Shown in pieces: positions 54,836 through 63,940 of a DNA stretch of 64,000 bases (the stretch's first letter is position 1; each line of letters opens with the position of its first letter). The position numbers and the translations under genes were made by a program. Below the pieces are notes generated by a model. The model ran no database searches, had not been told where the DNA came from, and worked only from the letters and a program-made list of their open reading frames with translations. Source of the stretch: a virus. The stretch is from positions 32,001-96,000 of the IMG/VR virus record IMGVR_UViG_3300005366_000002. One strand, 5' to 3'.

Positions 54836-55539
54836 GACTTGTCCTTCTTCGCCTTGCCTTTCCCTGCCGAGCTTAGGTACATGATGTCGAAGGACGGAAC
54901 GCCGGTCATGGACTGGATCGTCTCGGCATCATGTGTGGCCAGCATGGCAACCGCAGCCTTCAGTTCGTCTCCCATCAGCACGACCTCCTTCAGCTTCTCC
55001 AGCCGCAGGTTGGTGTTGAGAAACGACATCATGGCACGCCTGCTTGTCTTCGAGTTGAAGTAGGCCAGGGTGAACGCAACCGCCTCCTTGCGGAGCGAAT
55101 ACGGTTGGATTCGCAGGAGCTCAGTCTGGATCTTGTTGAGCAGCGAGGGCTTGGCGATCGTGTTGATGTAGTCCACGGGCGTCAGCTTGCTGACCTTCAC
55201 GGCCGTCAACTGCGCACTCATCAGCGCGATCTTCAGGGCCTCGTGAAGGCCTGCAGACGCTGAGAACGGCAACGACGGAATGTTGGTCACGCTGAGCGCA
55301 CCGTAGGATGCGACGATAAAATTGACCGCATGCGGCTTCACCGTCTTCAGCGTGTGAGTCACGTGCACCTGCCTCGGTTGAGGCTGACCCATGTCGATGG
55401 TCCGTGTCGGCTTGGTCTTGTCCCGCGGATCCAGCGTGTGGGTCACGCGCAAGGAGGCCAGTGCGTCGCTGATATCCCACTCGGAGTACGCCGAGCTGCT
55501 CCAGATCGCGATCTTGGTTGTCTTCAGGTTGGGTTTCAT
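54832..55539 (-). CDS. hypothetical protein
   Basis: coupled to the SbcC-like gene. Confidence 0.55.
   Translation of the reverse strand: MKPNLKTTKIAIWSSSAYSEWDISDALASLRVTHTLDPRDKTKPTRTIDMGQPQPRQVHVTHTLKTVKPHAVNFIVASYGALSVTNIPSLPFSASAGLHEALKIALMSAQLTAVKVSKLTPVDYINTIAKPSLLNKIQTELLRIQPYSLRKEAVAFTLAYFNSKTSRRAMMSFLNTNLRLEKLKEVVLMGDELKAAVAMLATHDAETIQSMTGVPSFDIMYLSSAGKGKAKKDKS
55316..55324 (-). promoter_or_regulatory. putative late promoter motif CAATTTTAT (intragenic)
   Basis: exact motif on - strand upstream of the two structural-looking genes. Confidence 0.45.
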
Positions 55540-57698
55540 AGAGCGCTCGGGTGCCCCTTCTTGATTTGAGCGCCACCTGCATCACGGAAGACCGTGTACT
55601 CGGCAGCGCCTTGGTAGCGTTCGTAGTCCTTCGGGGTCAGGACCAGGATCGACGGAATGAGGACCAGCATGTGCGGCAGCAGCGCGTGGAACCGTTCGAT
55701 CATGCCCTGCCCGAAGTTGGCGCACGGCTCGTCGAGGATCAGCAGCGACAGCCGCTTCTTCGTGGGTACGAACATGAGCAGCGAGAACACGAGCATCAGC
55801 GTGAACAGCTTCGACTCGGCACCGCTGAGGGTCCGCACGTCCGTCGGCGGCCTGTTGCCACGATGCACCAGCAGACGGATCTCCGTGTCCCACACGAACT
55901 CGAAGCGGAAGTCGTTGAACACGATGGCGCTCATCTTGTTGATCGTTGCCATCATCTTCTCGCTGATCGCCTCGACTGCCATCTTCTTCATGGCCTTGTC
56001 GTCGTAGGCCTCGAGTGCGAACAACAGGGCTTCTTCGTCCGCCAGCTCAGCAGAGAACTCCTGGAGCCGCTTGCGCATCGTCGAGGCTCTGGCCTTCACC
56101 GTGTTGTGGACCTCGAGCTTGGTCTTGGCCTTGCTCATCTTGTCCTGTGCGGCTTCCAGCTTGTCTGCGTCGAACTTGATGGCCCGCTGCTCGTCAGTGA
56201 GAGCACGAAGGTCCTTGATGGTCTGGAGGTTCTGCAGGCCCCACTCGAAGACGCCTAGCACCCGGTTCAGAGCTACCACGTCTTCGGGCTTCTCCGGTTT
56301 CTCGACCGGTTCAGGCTTGGCAATCCGCTGCCGCTTCTTGTACAGCGCGTGGTCTTCGCGGTACTTGTTCTGGATGCGCTCGGCGCGCTCACGCGCCTCA
56401 GCCTTGGGACCGTAGTCCTCCATCTCCTTGTCGTACTTGGCCTTCAGCTCGACGTAGCGATCCCACTGTTGCCACTCCATCTCCAGGAGCTCAAGCTGGG
56501 TCTTCAACTCGTCGATCTTGTCCGGGTCGTGGGCCTTCACAGGCTGACCACACTCGCCGCAGACACCACCCTTGAACTTGCGCGAGTGGTTGACCATCTG
56601 GTCGAGCCGGACTTCCATCTTCGCCATCTCGGCGCGCGACACGTCCGGCTTCTGTGCGCTCTGACGCATCTGCTTGAGCGCAGGCTTGTACAGCAGGTCT
56701 GGGCTGACCAGCTTCTCGTACAGCTTGAGCTCCGTCGTGGCCTCGACGAACTTGGCACTCCTGCGAGCCAGCTCATCGAGGTCAAGTGTCATGTCGAGGT
56801 CAGCCGTGGCCTCCTGGTACTGGACCAAAGCAGCCTTGTAGATCTTCCACTCGTCCATCGACTCGCTGAGGCGCCGTGCCCTGCGGATGCGCTTGCGCAC
56901 CTGGTCCACAACGTCCTCGTCCAGGGAGTCGATGTCGCACGCCGCCTCCAGCTCCTCGAGTTGGTTCTTGGAGAACCGCTCGAAGTCGAGCAGCGACTTG
57001 ATCCGCTGTGCCTCGTCACCACGCGACCGCAGGGCCTTCAGCCTGTCCTCGAGCTGCTCGACCTGTGCTTCCAGTTCGATGCGCTGGTCCTTGGTCAGCA
57101 TGTCGGCCTTGACGGCCCTGAACGTAGTGTCGAGCTCCGAGAAGCGCGCACGGATCTTCTTCAGCTCGTTGGAGTGGGCACTCAGCACCTTCTTCTCGGC
57201 ATCCAGTCGGTCGAGCTGGAAGAACGACGTGAAGAACGCCTTGCGTTCGAGGGTGGAACCGCGCACGAGCTTGTGCGGCACGTTCGCGTCGAGGTGGCCG
57301 TAGGTGCGGTACTCGTCTTCGCTGACCGTCCAGAACTTCGGGATCAGCTCCTTGGTCATCGACGGCGTGCGGCCTTTGCGCTCCTCGCCGTCCACGTAGA
57401 TCTTGAACCGCTCCGAGCGACCGACGTGCGACTGCTGGATCTGAACCTTCTTGCCCTCGCGCTCGAACTCGATGAAGCGCACGCCGGTCTTGGCCTTGTC
57501 CTTCTTGGTGCCGACGATGGGCGTGTCGTAAAAGATGCCGGCCACGGTGGAACCCAGCAGCGACTTGCCTGCCGCGTTGCCGGTCCCACCCATCAGCATG
57601 TTCTTCCCGTACACGTAGGTCACGCCGGGTCCGATCTTCAAGACGGACTTCTTGAAGTCGGCGATCCCGGACAGACCAATGGCGCGGATGATGTTCAT
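55536..57698 (-). CDS. SbcC/Rad50/gp46-like recombination ATPase
   Basis: GNAAGKS Walker A, coiled coil with CGEC Zn hook, LSGAE signature, LILDEP Walker B. Confidence 0.88.
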   Translation of the reverse strand: MNIIRAIGLSGIADFKKSVLKIGPGVTYVYGKNMLMGGTGNAAGKSLLGSTVAGIFYDTPIVGTKKDKAKTGVRFIEFEREGKKVQIQQSHVGRSERFKIYVDGEERKGRTPSMTKELIPKFWTVSEDEYRTYGHLDANVPHKLVRGSTLERKAFFTSFFQLDRLDAEKKVLSAHSNELKKIRARFSELDTTFRAVKADMLTKDQRIELEAQVEQLEDRLKALRSRGDEAQRIKSLLDFERFSKNQLEELEAACDIDSLDEDVVDQVRKRIRRARRLSESMDEWKIYKAALVQYQEATADLDMTLDLDELARRSAKFVEATTELKLYEKLVSPDLLYKPALKQMRQSAQKPDVSRAEMAKMEVRLDQMVNHSRKFKGGVCGECGQPVKAHDPDKIDELKTQLELLEMEWQQWDRYVELKAKYDKEMEDYGPKAEARERAERIQNKYREDHALYKKRQRIAKPEPVEKPEKPEDVVALNRVLGVFEWGLQNLQTIKDLRALTDEQRAIKFDADKLEAAQDKMSKAKTKLEVHNTVKARASTMRKRLQEFSAELADEEALLFALEAYDDKAMKKMAVEAISEKMMATINKMSAIVFNDFRFEFVWDTEIRLLVHRGNRPPTDVRTLSGAESKLFTLMLVFSLLMFVPTKKRLSLLILDEPCANFGQGMIERFHALLPHMLVLIPSILVLTPKDYERYQGAAEYTVFRDAGGAQIKKGHPSAL

Positions 57699-58435
57699 GG
57701 TTTCTTCTGGCGATCAGCGCCCTTGGATTCGAGGAACTTGACGAGAGGCGTGTAGAGCTCCGGGAAGGTCCCGGTGTTGGGCAGCACCTTGTCGTAGTCG
57801 TTCCAGAGGACGTGCTGCCATTCCGACTCGTGGACCTGGAGGTCGAACGGGACAGCGTGCATGCAGTCGGCACCATAGGCCAGCATGGTCAGCTGGTGCT
57901 TCCGGTCCATCAGGTCCCACTCCTGCGGAGCTTCTCGTCCGGAGAGCTGGAGCATGTGCTCCATGGACTTGTAGAACGGCTTGAGCCACGGTGGGTCCTT
58001 GCGGTGGACACCGAGGATCAGGCCGCCCATGCGGCGCACCGACGCCAGCTCGTTGAAGAAGCGCGTGTCGGTGATGACGACGGCACCGCCGAAGTTCTTG
58101 ATGCGACGTTCCAGCGACAGCACCCAGATGTCCGGGTGGAAATGGTGACGCATGGTCTCCGTCGCGTAGTTGACCATGACCCAGCGCGGCGTGATCGGCA
58201 CACCGATCGCGAGCCGGTCGGTCCACCATTGGTCCGCCGTGGACCTGAAGGTCCTGGACTCCTCGGTGAGGCCGTCAAGGAGCTCACGGTCCCACCCGAA
58301 GATGGCGGCCACGCTGTCCTTGACGGCACCAGCCCAGCTCATGCGCGTGTAGCCGTGATACTTCACGAGGAAGTCGCCGACCGTGTCCTTGCCTGCTCCG
58401 ATGACACCAGAGACGCTGACGATTTGCTGCTTCAT
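57695..58435 (-). CDS. deoxynucleoside monophosphate kinase (T4 gp1-like)
   Basis: SGVIGAGKDT, ITPRWVM, VVITDTRFFNE, HESE. Confidence 0.85.
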   Translation of the reverse strand: MKQQIVSVSGVIGAGKDTVGDFLVKYHGYTRMSWAGAVKDSVAAIFGWDRELLDGLTEESRTFRSTADQWWTDRLAIGVPITPRWVMVNYATETMRHHFHPDIWVLSLERRIKNFGGAVVITDTRFFNELASVRRMGGLILGVHRKDPPWLKPFYKSMEHMLQLSGREAPQEWDLMDRKHQLTMLAYGADCMHAVPFDLQVHESEWQHVLWNDYDKVLPNTGTFPELYTPLVKFLESKGADRQKKP

Positions 58436-58436
58436 G

Positions 58437-58811
58437 TCATTCGTCCTGGGCAAAGTCGTTCTTCGCGGCCCTGGTGACCTCCTTGGCGAGACCGGTCAGG
58501 ACAGCCGTCTTCGGCATGACTTTCAGCAGCAGGCGGATCATGCCTTTGATCTCGTTGCCGGTCGGCTCGTTCTTGAAGCTCATGCCATTGATGTAGTGGA
58601 CGGTCCCATCGCGCTTGCGGATGACCTGCTTGATCGAACGGAACTTGCGGCCGTCGCTGCACTTGGACAGCTGGGCTTCCCACTCGTGACCGTCCGTGAC
58701 CTGGAATGCGGCAACCCGCTTGTTCTCCCAGGTCACGCCGGTCTTGGCCTTCGTGTGCTTGACCTTCGAGAGGTCCGGGGCCTTGCGGGCCGTCTTCTTT
58801 GCTGTTGCCAT
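58437..58811 (-). CDS. basic protein, possibly PC4-like ssDNA-binding
   Basis: Lys-rich; DGRKFRSIKQVIRKRDG...NGMSF pattern; AAGGAG RBS. Confidence 0.45.
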   Translation of the reverse strand: MATAKKTARKAPDLSKVKHTKAKTGVTWENKRVAAFQVTDGHEWEAQLSKCSDGRKFRSIKQVIRKRDGTVHYINGMSFKNEPTGNEIKGMIRLLLKVMPKTAVLTGLAKEVTRAAKNDFAQDE

Positions 58812-58827
58812 CATGGCTCCTTGTTGG

Positions 58828-59226
58828 TCAGGGGAGGATCTTGCGGTACGCACACCATACGCGTTTCCACCAGGGCATGCGCTCCCAGGTGCGGAGATCG
58901 CTACGGAGGGTCGTGAACTTCTGGCACTCCTTCGCGTTCTCCCGGATCAGCTCCGAGATACGGCCTTCGAGTTCACGTCGTTCTTCCTCGAACATGAAGG
59001 TGTAGGCGCGCTTGGCCGTCTCGTCGTAGGCCACGTGGAACTCGCGGCCGTCCTCGATCCAGGTCCTGACCTCCAGGTGTTTGCGCACGTACTGGGCACG
59101 GACCGCGAAGTGATCTCCAGGGCCACGCGGCCGCTCGAACTCGTGCTGAAGATCCTGGACCGTAATGACCCCGCCTCGGCGCTCGTGCATTTCCTTGACG
59201 AGCCTGTAGACTTCGACTTGTGGCAT
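58828..59226 (-). CDS. hypothetical protein
   Basis: AGGAG RBS; TAAATAG motif upstream. Confidence 0.6.
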   Translation of the reverse strand: MPQVEVYRLVKEMHERRGGVITVQDLQHEFERPRGPGDHFAVRAQYVRKHLEVRTWIEDGREFHVAYDETAKRAYTFMFEEERRELEGRISELIRENAKECQKFTTLRSDLRTWERMPWWKRVWCAYRKILP

Positions 59227-59254
59227 GAACTCTCCTGTGTGGTGTAGCGTCGGT

Positions 59255-59261
59255 CTATTTA
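59255..59261 (-). promoter_or_regulatory. putative middle promoter motif TAAATAG
   Basis: 28 nt upstream of next start; overlaps stop codon. Confidence 0.45.
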
Positions 59262-59917
59262 GTGTTCGGCCCTGCGCCCCATTGACCGGGGTTCATCGTG
59301 AAGAAGACCGAGCCGTGGATCGTCGTTGTCGTCGGCTGGGGTGGCGGAGGAGGCGGGGCAACGTCGTCATAGTCCGTGATCAGATCAGACACGATCTCGA
59401 GGACGCCCAGGCCCTTCGTCATGTTGGAGACGGCCAGCGTGGCCAGCCTGATCTTCTCGTCGATGACCTCGTAGGCCAGGTTGCGGCGGCCGGTGGCCTT
59501 GACCAGGATCTTCTTGCGCTGGATCTCGAGCTTGTTTCGCTTGGACGTCATGTCGGCAATGCCAGCGCGAAGAGCGTTCTCATTGGCGCTCCGCGCTTGC
59601 CGAACCCAGGCCACGATGTTCGGCTGATCCTCGTCCACTGCCTTCGCGAAGTGCTGGTGCAGCCAGGTCTTGGCCTGTGCCTCCAGCTCGTCCTGCGTGA
59701 GCACCGACTCGCCCTTGTCGTAGGCGATGCGCTTCTGACCATCACCGAGCACCGACCACGCCTCGTTGATTTCCAGCATGCGCGCCGCGTGGTCGGGTTC
59801 GGTCGACACGTCAGGGTGGTACTTGCGGGCCAGCTTCTGGTACGCCTTCTTGATGTCGTCCTTCGACGAACCCTTGGCGACCCCCAGCACCTGGTAGTAG
59901 TCGCGCGCCCCGTTCAC
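59255..59917 (-). CDS. DnaJ (J-domain) co-chaperone protein
   Basis: DYYQVLGV...IKKAYQKLARKYHPD...INEAWSVLGD...YD; GTG start. Confidence 0.85.
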   Translation of the reverse strand: MNGARDYYQVLGVAKGSSKDDIKKAYQKLARKYHPDVSTEPDHAARMLEINEAWSVLGDGQKRIAYDKGESVLTQDELEAQAKTWLHQHFAKAVDEDQPNIVAWVRQARSANENALRAGIADMTSKRNKLEIQRKKILVKATGRRNLAYEVIDEKIRLATLAVSNMTKGLGVLEIVSDLITDYDDVAPPPPPPQPTTTTIHGSVFFTMNPGQWGAGPNTK

Positions 59918-60510
59918 AGCATGATCCTCGTCGGCTTCTTCACAATCATGGTGTTGACCTTGCCCTCGCGGTTCGTCGTGTTCCAGACCTTGCCGCAGGT
60001 CTTGCACTCACGCTCCTGGCTGTAGGTCCCTTCGGAACCAAAGTCCCACTGGCCGTTGATCATGATCGGCGTCTGGCTCTGCATGTCGTCGTTCTTGACC
60101 TTGATCTGGCAGCGCCCGAACTCGATGCACTTGGAGTCCGGGCGGACCGTCACCGGCACCACGATCTCGTCCTTGGTGGTCTCGTAGTTGTCGAGGATCG
60201 AGTCCAGCGACTTCAGCGCGGCCTTCCACTTGGGCATCGGCTCCGTCGTGTGCTCGGCCCAGAAGGCGTCCTGCTCTTCCAGCAGGGTGCGGTACTGGAG
60301 CAGGACACCGCGCATGCGGGGCGTCAGCGGCTCCTTCGCGTCGGTCTCTTCTACGTCGTGGAGCTCGTAGTTGAGGTCGCCGAGCATGGCCTTCCAGGTC
60401 TTCAGCGGATCACCTGGGAAGGGCTCGCGGCCAACCCAGGACTCGATCTTGCCTTGGACGATCTGCTTGGCGATGCCAAGGTGCTTGAGGACGTTGCGAT
60501 TGACTTTCAT
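59914..60510 (-). CDS. hypothetical protein with C-terminal Zn ribbon
   Basis: C..C and CKTCGKVW. Confidence 0.6.
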   Translation of the reverse strand: MKVNRNVLKHLGIAKQIVQGKIESWVGREPFPGDPLKTWKAMLGDLNYELHDVEETDAKEPLTPRMRGVLLQYRTLLEEQDAFWAEHTTEPMPKWKAALKSLDSILDNYETTKDEIVVPVTVRPDSKCIEFGRCQIKVKNDDMQSQTPIMINGQWDFGSEGTYSQERECKTCGKVWNTTNREGKVNTMIVKKPTRIML

Positions 60511-60761
60511 GTTCTATGCTCTACTGAGACTTCGACGTAGGTGATGGAGCCGCGAAGCGTTCGCTCGCGGTTGAAGAATTTGTTGTGGGTCGTGCAGCGG
60601 CAGACTGAACCGAAGTACGACTCTACGCGGGGCCGCGCGGTCTCACGCGGTCCTGTAGGAGCAGCAAACGAGGACTGCGATGCCACTGTCCTCTTCTTCA
60701 GCTCTTCGCGGACCAACGTGGCGATCACACAGGACTCACCAAGAGGGCACCTAGGCTCCAT
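60507..60761 (-). CDS. hypothetical protein
   Basis: coupled short ORF; start uncertain. Confidence 0.35.
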   Translation of the reverse strand: MEPRCPLGESCVIATLVREELKKRTVASQSSFAAPTGPRETARPRVESYFGSVCRCTTHNKFFNRERTLRGSITYVEVSVEHRT

Positions 60762-60960
60762 AGGAGCCGTCGTGCTCGTGTACCACGTAGTGCCCGAGGT
60801 CCTTGCTGCAGAACTCGCAGATGGCATGGTCGTGCGAGTCCCGATAGCACGCCTCGTGGTCGCATGCTTTCTGACGGACCCAGCGGACAAACGCACGCGC
60901 TCCGACGATCAGCACGATCGCAAAGACGCCTGCGAGAAAGCACTTCGAATCCGTGTTCAT
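60751..60960 (-). CDS. small membrane-anchored Zn-finger protein
   Basis: N-terminal TM helix, CDH...CEFC; GAGGAG RBS. Confidence 0.5.
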   Translation of the reverse strand: MNTDSKCFLAGVFAIVLIVGARAFVRWVRQKACDHEACYRDSHDHAICEFCSKDLGHYVVHEHDGSYGA

Positions 60961-60973
60961 GATGATCTCCTCT

Positions 60974-61651
60974 TCAGGTTGGATGAGCCTCTTCCCAGGC
61001 CTTCTTGACTTCGGTGAACAGGTACAGGCTCGTCGTCTCCCACGACTTGAACTCGTTCCGCTTGGCCTGATCCACTGCACGCTCCGTGTCCCAGACCGAG
61101 GCAAACGCCAGCGCATGCATCAGCGTGGGCTCCTGGAGCGCACGGGCCACCAGGTCCTTCAGGTTCGTGATGCCTGCCTTGATCGCCTCTTGCGCCTTCG
61201 CCTGGTTGAACCGCGCAAGCGAGTCGTCCATACGGCGGAACGAGTTGAGCACCGAGTCCGGCTCGGGTCCGATGACCGACACGTCGAGCCGAGGTCCGTG
61301 TGGGCCGTCGGAGGACAGGTGGATGGTCCACGCGTAGCGGCCATGCGGTTTCGGCTCTGCACCACGCAGCGTGAAGTCGTATGGGTCGCAGGCCACAGAG
61401 TCCACAACCTGGCCTCCGCAGTGCTCGGCCATCGCCTTGATCAACTCCTCGGCCGGCTTGGCCCCGTGGACCCATGCGACGGCGCACAAGTCGAAGTCGC
61501 GGCACAGGCTGCCGTGGACCATGAGGTTGTAGCCCATGGAGTCCGCCAGCTTGTAGAGCCCGCTGAGGAGAGCCATGTAGAACGCAGGGCGCCCACCGTC
61601 CTGGAACTTCTTGTTGCGTGGCTGTTGAATCTCCTTGTCGTCCATGGTCAC
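60974..61651 (-). CDS. hypothetical protein (possible nucleotidyltransferase-like N-terminus)
   Basis: VHGSLCRDFDLCAV matches a GS-x-DxD pattern. Confidence 0.55.
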   Translation of the reverse strand: MTMDDKEIQQPRNKKFQDGGRPAFYMALLSGLYKLADSMGYNLMVHGSLCRDFDLCAVAWVHGAKPAEELIKAMAEHCGGQVVDSVACDPYDFTLRGAEPKPHGRYAWTIHLSSDGPHGPRLDVSVIGPEPDSVLNSFRRMDDSLARFNQAKAQEAIKAGITNLKDLVARALQEPTLMHALAFASVWDTERAVDQAKRNEFKSWETTSLYLFTEVKKAWEEAHPT

Positions 61652-61839
61652 TCCTGCTTCGACAGAGCGAACTGGCAGGCCTCCATGAGGGACTCGATCT
61701 GCTCGCGGCCGCAGAGCATGGAGGACCCACCGAAGTTGAGCACGCTGATCTGCGGCTGCTCCGACGTGTCGGGATCCGGCTGGGACGCCGTGATCGCCAT
61801 GCAGGCATTGTTGGGGACAGCGAACGCTTTGGTCTTCAT
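61648..61839 (-). CDS. hypothetical protein
   Basis: AGGAG RBS. Confidence 0.45.
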   Translation of the reverse strand: MKTKAFAVPNNACMAITASQPDPDTSEQPQISVLNFGGSSMLCGREQIESLMEACQFALSKQE

Positions 61840-61847
61840 GGTTGCTC

Positions 61848-62105
61848 CTAGCGGTGTTGCTTGTGATGCCGTGCGGCCCAGACGAAGCGGTACGTCCGCA
61901 TGCGGATGCCGCTCTTCGACAGGTGGGAGTGCGAGGGCTTGGACTTCCGCGGCTCGAGGCGATGCTCGAGCTGACGGATCCGCATGACCTCTTCCTGGAT
62001 CTGCACGTTGATCTCCTGGAGCTGACTGAACAGCCACTTGAGTCCCAGGAGGAGTCCGCAGATCAGGAGGCCCAGCAGCAGGATCGGATCTTCACTGTGC
62101 AGCAT
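61848..62105 (-). CDS. small membrane-anchored coiled-coil protein
   Basis: ILLLGLLICGLLLGL TM segment then coiled coil. Confidence 0.5.
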   Translation of the reverse strand: MLHSEDPILLLGLLICGLLLGLKWLFSQLQEINVQIQEEVMRIRQLEHRLEPRKSKPSHSHLSKSGIRMRTYRFVWAARHHKQHR

Positions 62106-62108
62106 CGC

Positions 62109-63224
62109 TCACCCCTTCGCCGGCGGTTGTTGGTTCTTGATGAACCGGTAGACCTTCGAGGAGATCAGCGACTGCGCGTCCACCGTGAACTGCATGGACT
62201 CGGTCTTCAGCTGCACCGCCATCTCGAGGAATGCCGCGTAGGCACCCAGTGAGATCTTCTGGCCCTTGAGACCGTTGAGGGCAGCACGGTTCGACGGCAT
62301 CCAGATCACCTTCGACGACTTCTTGCCGTCGAGCACCTGGAGGTTCAGCAGGAACTGCGCCGCCCAGAGGATCTTGTTGATGACCTGGAACGGATCGCCG
62401 ATCTCCAGGACAGCCAGCTGAACCGGCACGAACTTGCCGATCAGGGCCGACGACACGATCTGGGCCGCCAGCTTGTCATCGTCCTGCTCCGTGGAACCCA
62501 GGGCTTCGATGAGCGTGTCCATCGACAGCTTCTTCGGCTTCTCGTCGAGACCTGCGTAGTAGTCGGCCACCGCCTGGATCGACGAGGCGACGCCGCGCAT
62601 GTCCGACGTGCCCTCGACGATGCGCTGGAGCAGCTCGTTGTCCTTGAGGAAGGTCAGTTCTTCGCCGACGACGATCCGCTTCGCCTGCTTCATGCGGTCG
62701 ATCTCGGTGTGCGGGCCCAGCACGAACTGGACGCAGCGGCCGGCGATGGCCTTGCCTTCCGTGGTCGACTGGAACTTGCCCGGATCCATCGAGCAGAGGA
62801 TCCAGATCGTGTCCTTGGTGCCAGAGTCCTCGATGGGCTTCAGCAGCGCCTGCGCGGCCACCTTGTTGGTCAGGATCGACTGCGCCTCGTCGATCACGAA
62901 GATCCGCTTGGCACCGCCCATCGGCTTGTGACGCGAGAGCTGCACGAGGTCGCGCACGTCCTCGATGGAGCGCTGCGATCCGCCGTCGAGCTCCTTGTAG
63001 AGGCCTTGGCGTTGCTGCTCCTCGATGGTCTTGCCATTGACCTGCGCGGCGATCGCGCGGGCCAGCGTGGTCTTGCCGGCCGCCGGGGCACCCGTGAACA
63101 GCATGGCCGAGGGCCAGTTGCCGTTGTTGATGATGCCCTTGAGACGGGTCACGGCCTGCTCGTGACCGATCATCTTGTCCAAGGTCTGCGGACGGTACTT
63201 GGTATGCCAAAGGGTCGAAGTCAT
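62109..63224 (-). CDS. clamp loader AAA+ subunit (DnaX gamma/tau-like)
   Basis: WHTKYRPQTLDKMIGHE, GAPAAGKTT, IFVIDEAQ, ALLKPIE, GRC. Confidence 0.88.
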   Translation of the reverse strand: MTSTLWHTKYRPQTLDKMIGHEQAVTRLKGIINNGNWPSAMLFTGAPAAGKTTLARAIAAQVNGKTIEEQQRQGLYKELDGGSQRSIEDVRDLVQLSRHKPMGGAKRIFVIDEAQSILTNKVAAQALLKPIEDSGTKDTIWILCSMDPGKFQSTTEGKAIAGRCVQFVLGPHTEIDRMKQAKRIVVGEELTFLKDNELLQRIVEGTSDMRGVASSIQAVADYYAGLDEKPKKLSMDTLIEALGSTEQDDDKLAAQIVSSALIGKFVPVQLAVLEIGDPFQVINKILWAAQFLLNLQVLDGKKSSKVIWMPSNRAALNGLKGQKISLGAYAAFLEMAVQLKTESMQFTVDAQSLISSKVYRFIKNQQPPAKG

Positions 63225-63260
63225 GTGGTGAGTTTCCGTTGTTGTCTGTGTGGAACCGCT

Positions 63261-63267
63261 CTATTTA
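63261..63267 (-). promoter_or_regulatory. putative middle promoter motif TAAATAG
   Basis: intergenic, 36 nt upstream of the clamp loader. Confidence 0.55.
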
Positions 63268-63272
63268 CCGTC

Positions 63273-63557
63273 TCAGCGGCGAATGCGGTCCATGTCCTTG
63301 GAGTGCTCGATCGCGTTGTTCATCAACTCGAAGCGGAGCCATGCGGCCTCCGGATGGTACGGGATGCCGTTGCGCTGGACCTCGCGCGCCGGGAGCTGGA
63401 ACATCTCCTGGCGCTCGCCTTCGCGCGACACGTAGATCAGTCCGTTCTCGAGAACGTAGTCCACGACTGCGTGATCGCCGGCCGCCAGGACGTGCTTCGG
63501 TGGCGGCAAGGGCCTGAACGAACTCGGCGAGTTGAACATTGCTCGGTGAGGGAACAT
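63273..63557 (-). CDS. hypothetical protein
   Basis: AGGAG RBS before MFPHR. Confidence 0.5.
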   Translation of the reverse strand: MFPHRAMFNSPSSFRPLPPPKHVLAAGDHAVVDYVLENGLIYVSREGERQEMFQLPAREVQRNGIPYHPEAAWLRFELMNNAIEHSKDMDRIRR

Positions 63558-63565
63558 GGTGTCTC

Positions 63566-63940
63566 CTAGCGGCGCTTGCGATGGCGCCCGTACCACGGGT
63601 GATTGGAACGCTGGGGTCCGCGGATGTCGGTCTGCTGGCCCATCAGCCGCACCTCGTTGTCCTTCGCACGCTCCATGATGAGTGCCTGGGCAATCCTGGG
63701 GTCGTTCTTGTTGTAGACCATCCCCTTGAGGCCCATCGTGTGGATGATCGCCAGGCTCAGATCATCGCGCACGATATACAGTGCCGCATCGGGATCAGCA
63801 CCACGCAGGAGATCGACGAGCAGCTCACGGGTCTTGGTGAACCAGCTCTCGAAGTTCTGACGGACAGCGAAGTCCACGTGGCCATCAGCTTCGTGGATCG
63901 GACAGCACATGCCGTCCTCGTCAATCCAGAACATGGGCAC
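63566..63940 (-). CDS. hypothetical protein (may begin beyond the window edge)
   Basis: codon-biased ORF at window end. Confidence 0.5.
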   Translation of the reverse strand: MPMFWIDEDGMCCPIHEADGHVDFAVRQNFESWFTKTRELLVDLLRGADPDAALYIVRDDLSLAIIHTMGLKGMVYNKNDPRIAQALIMERAKDNEVRLMGQQTDIRGPQRSNHPWYGRHRKRR

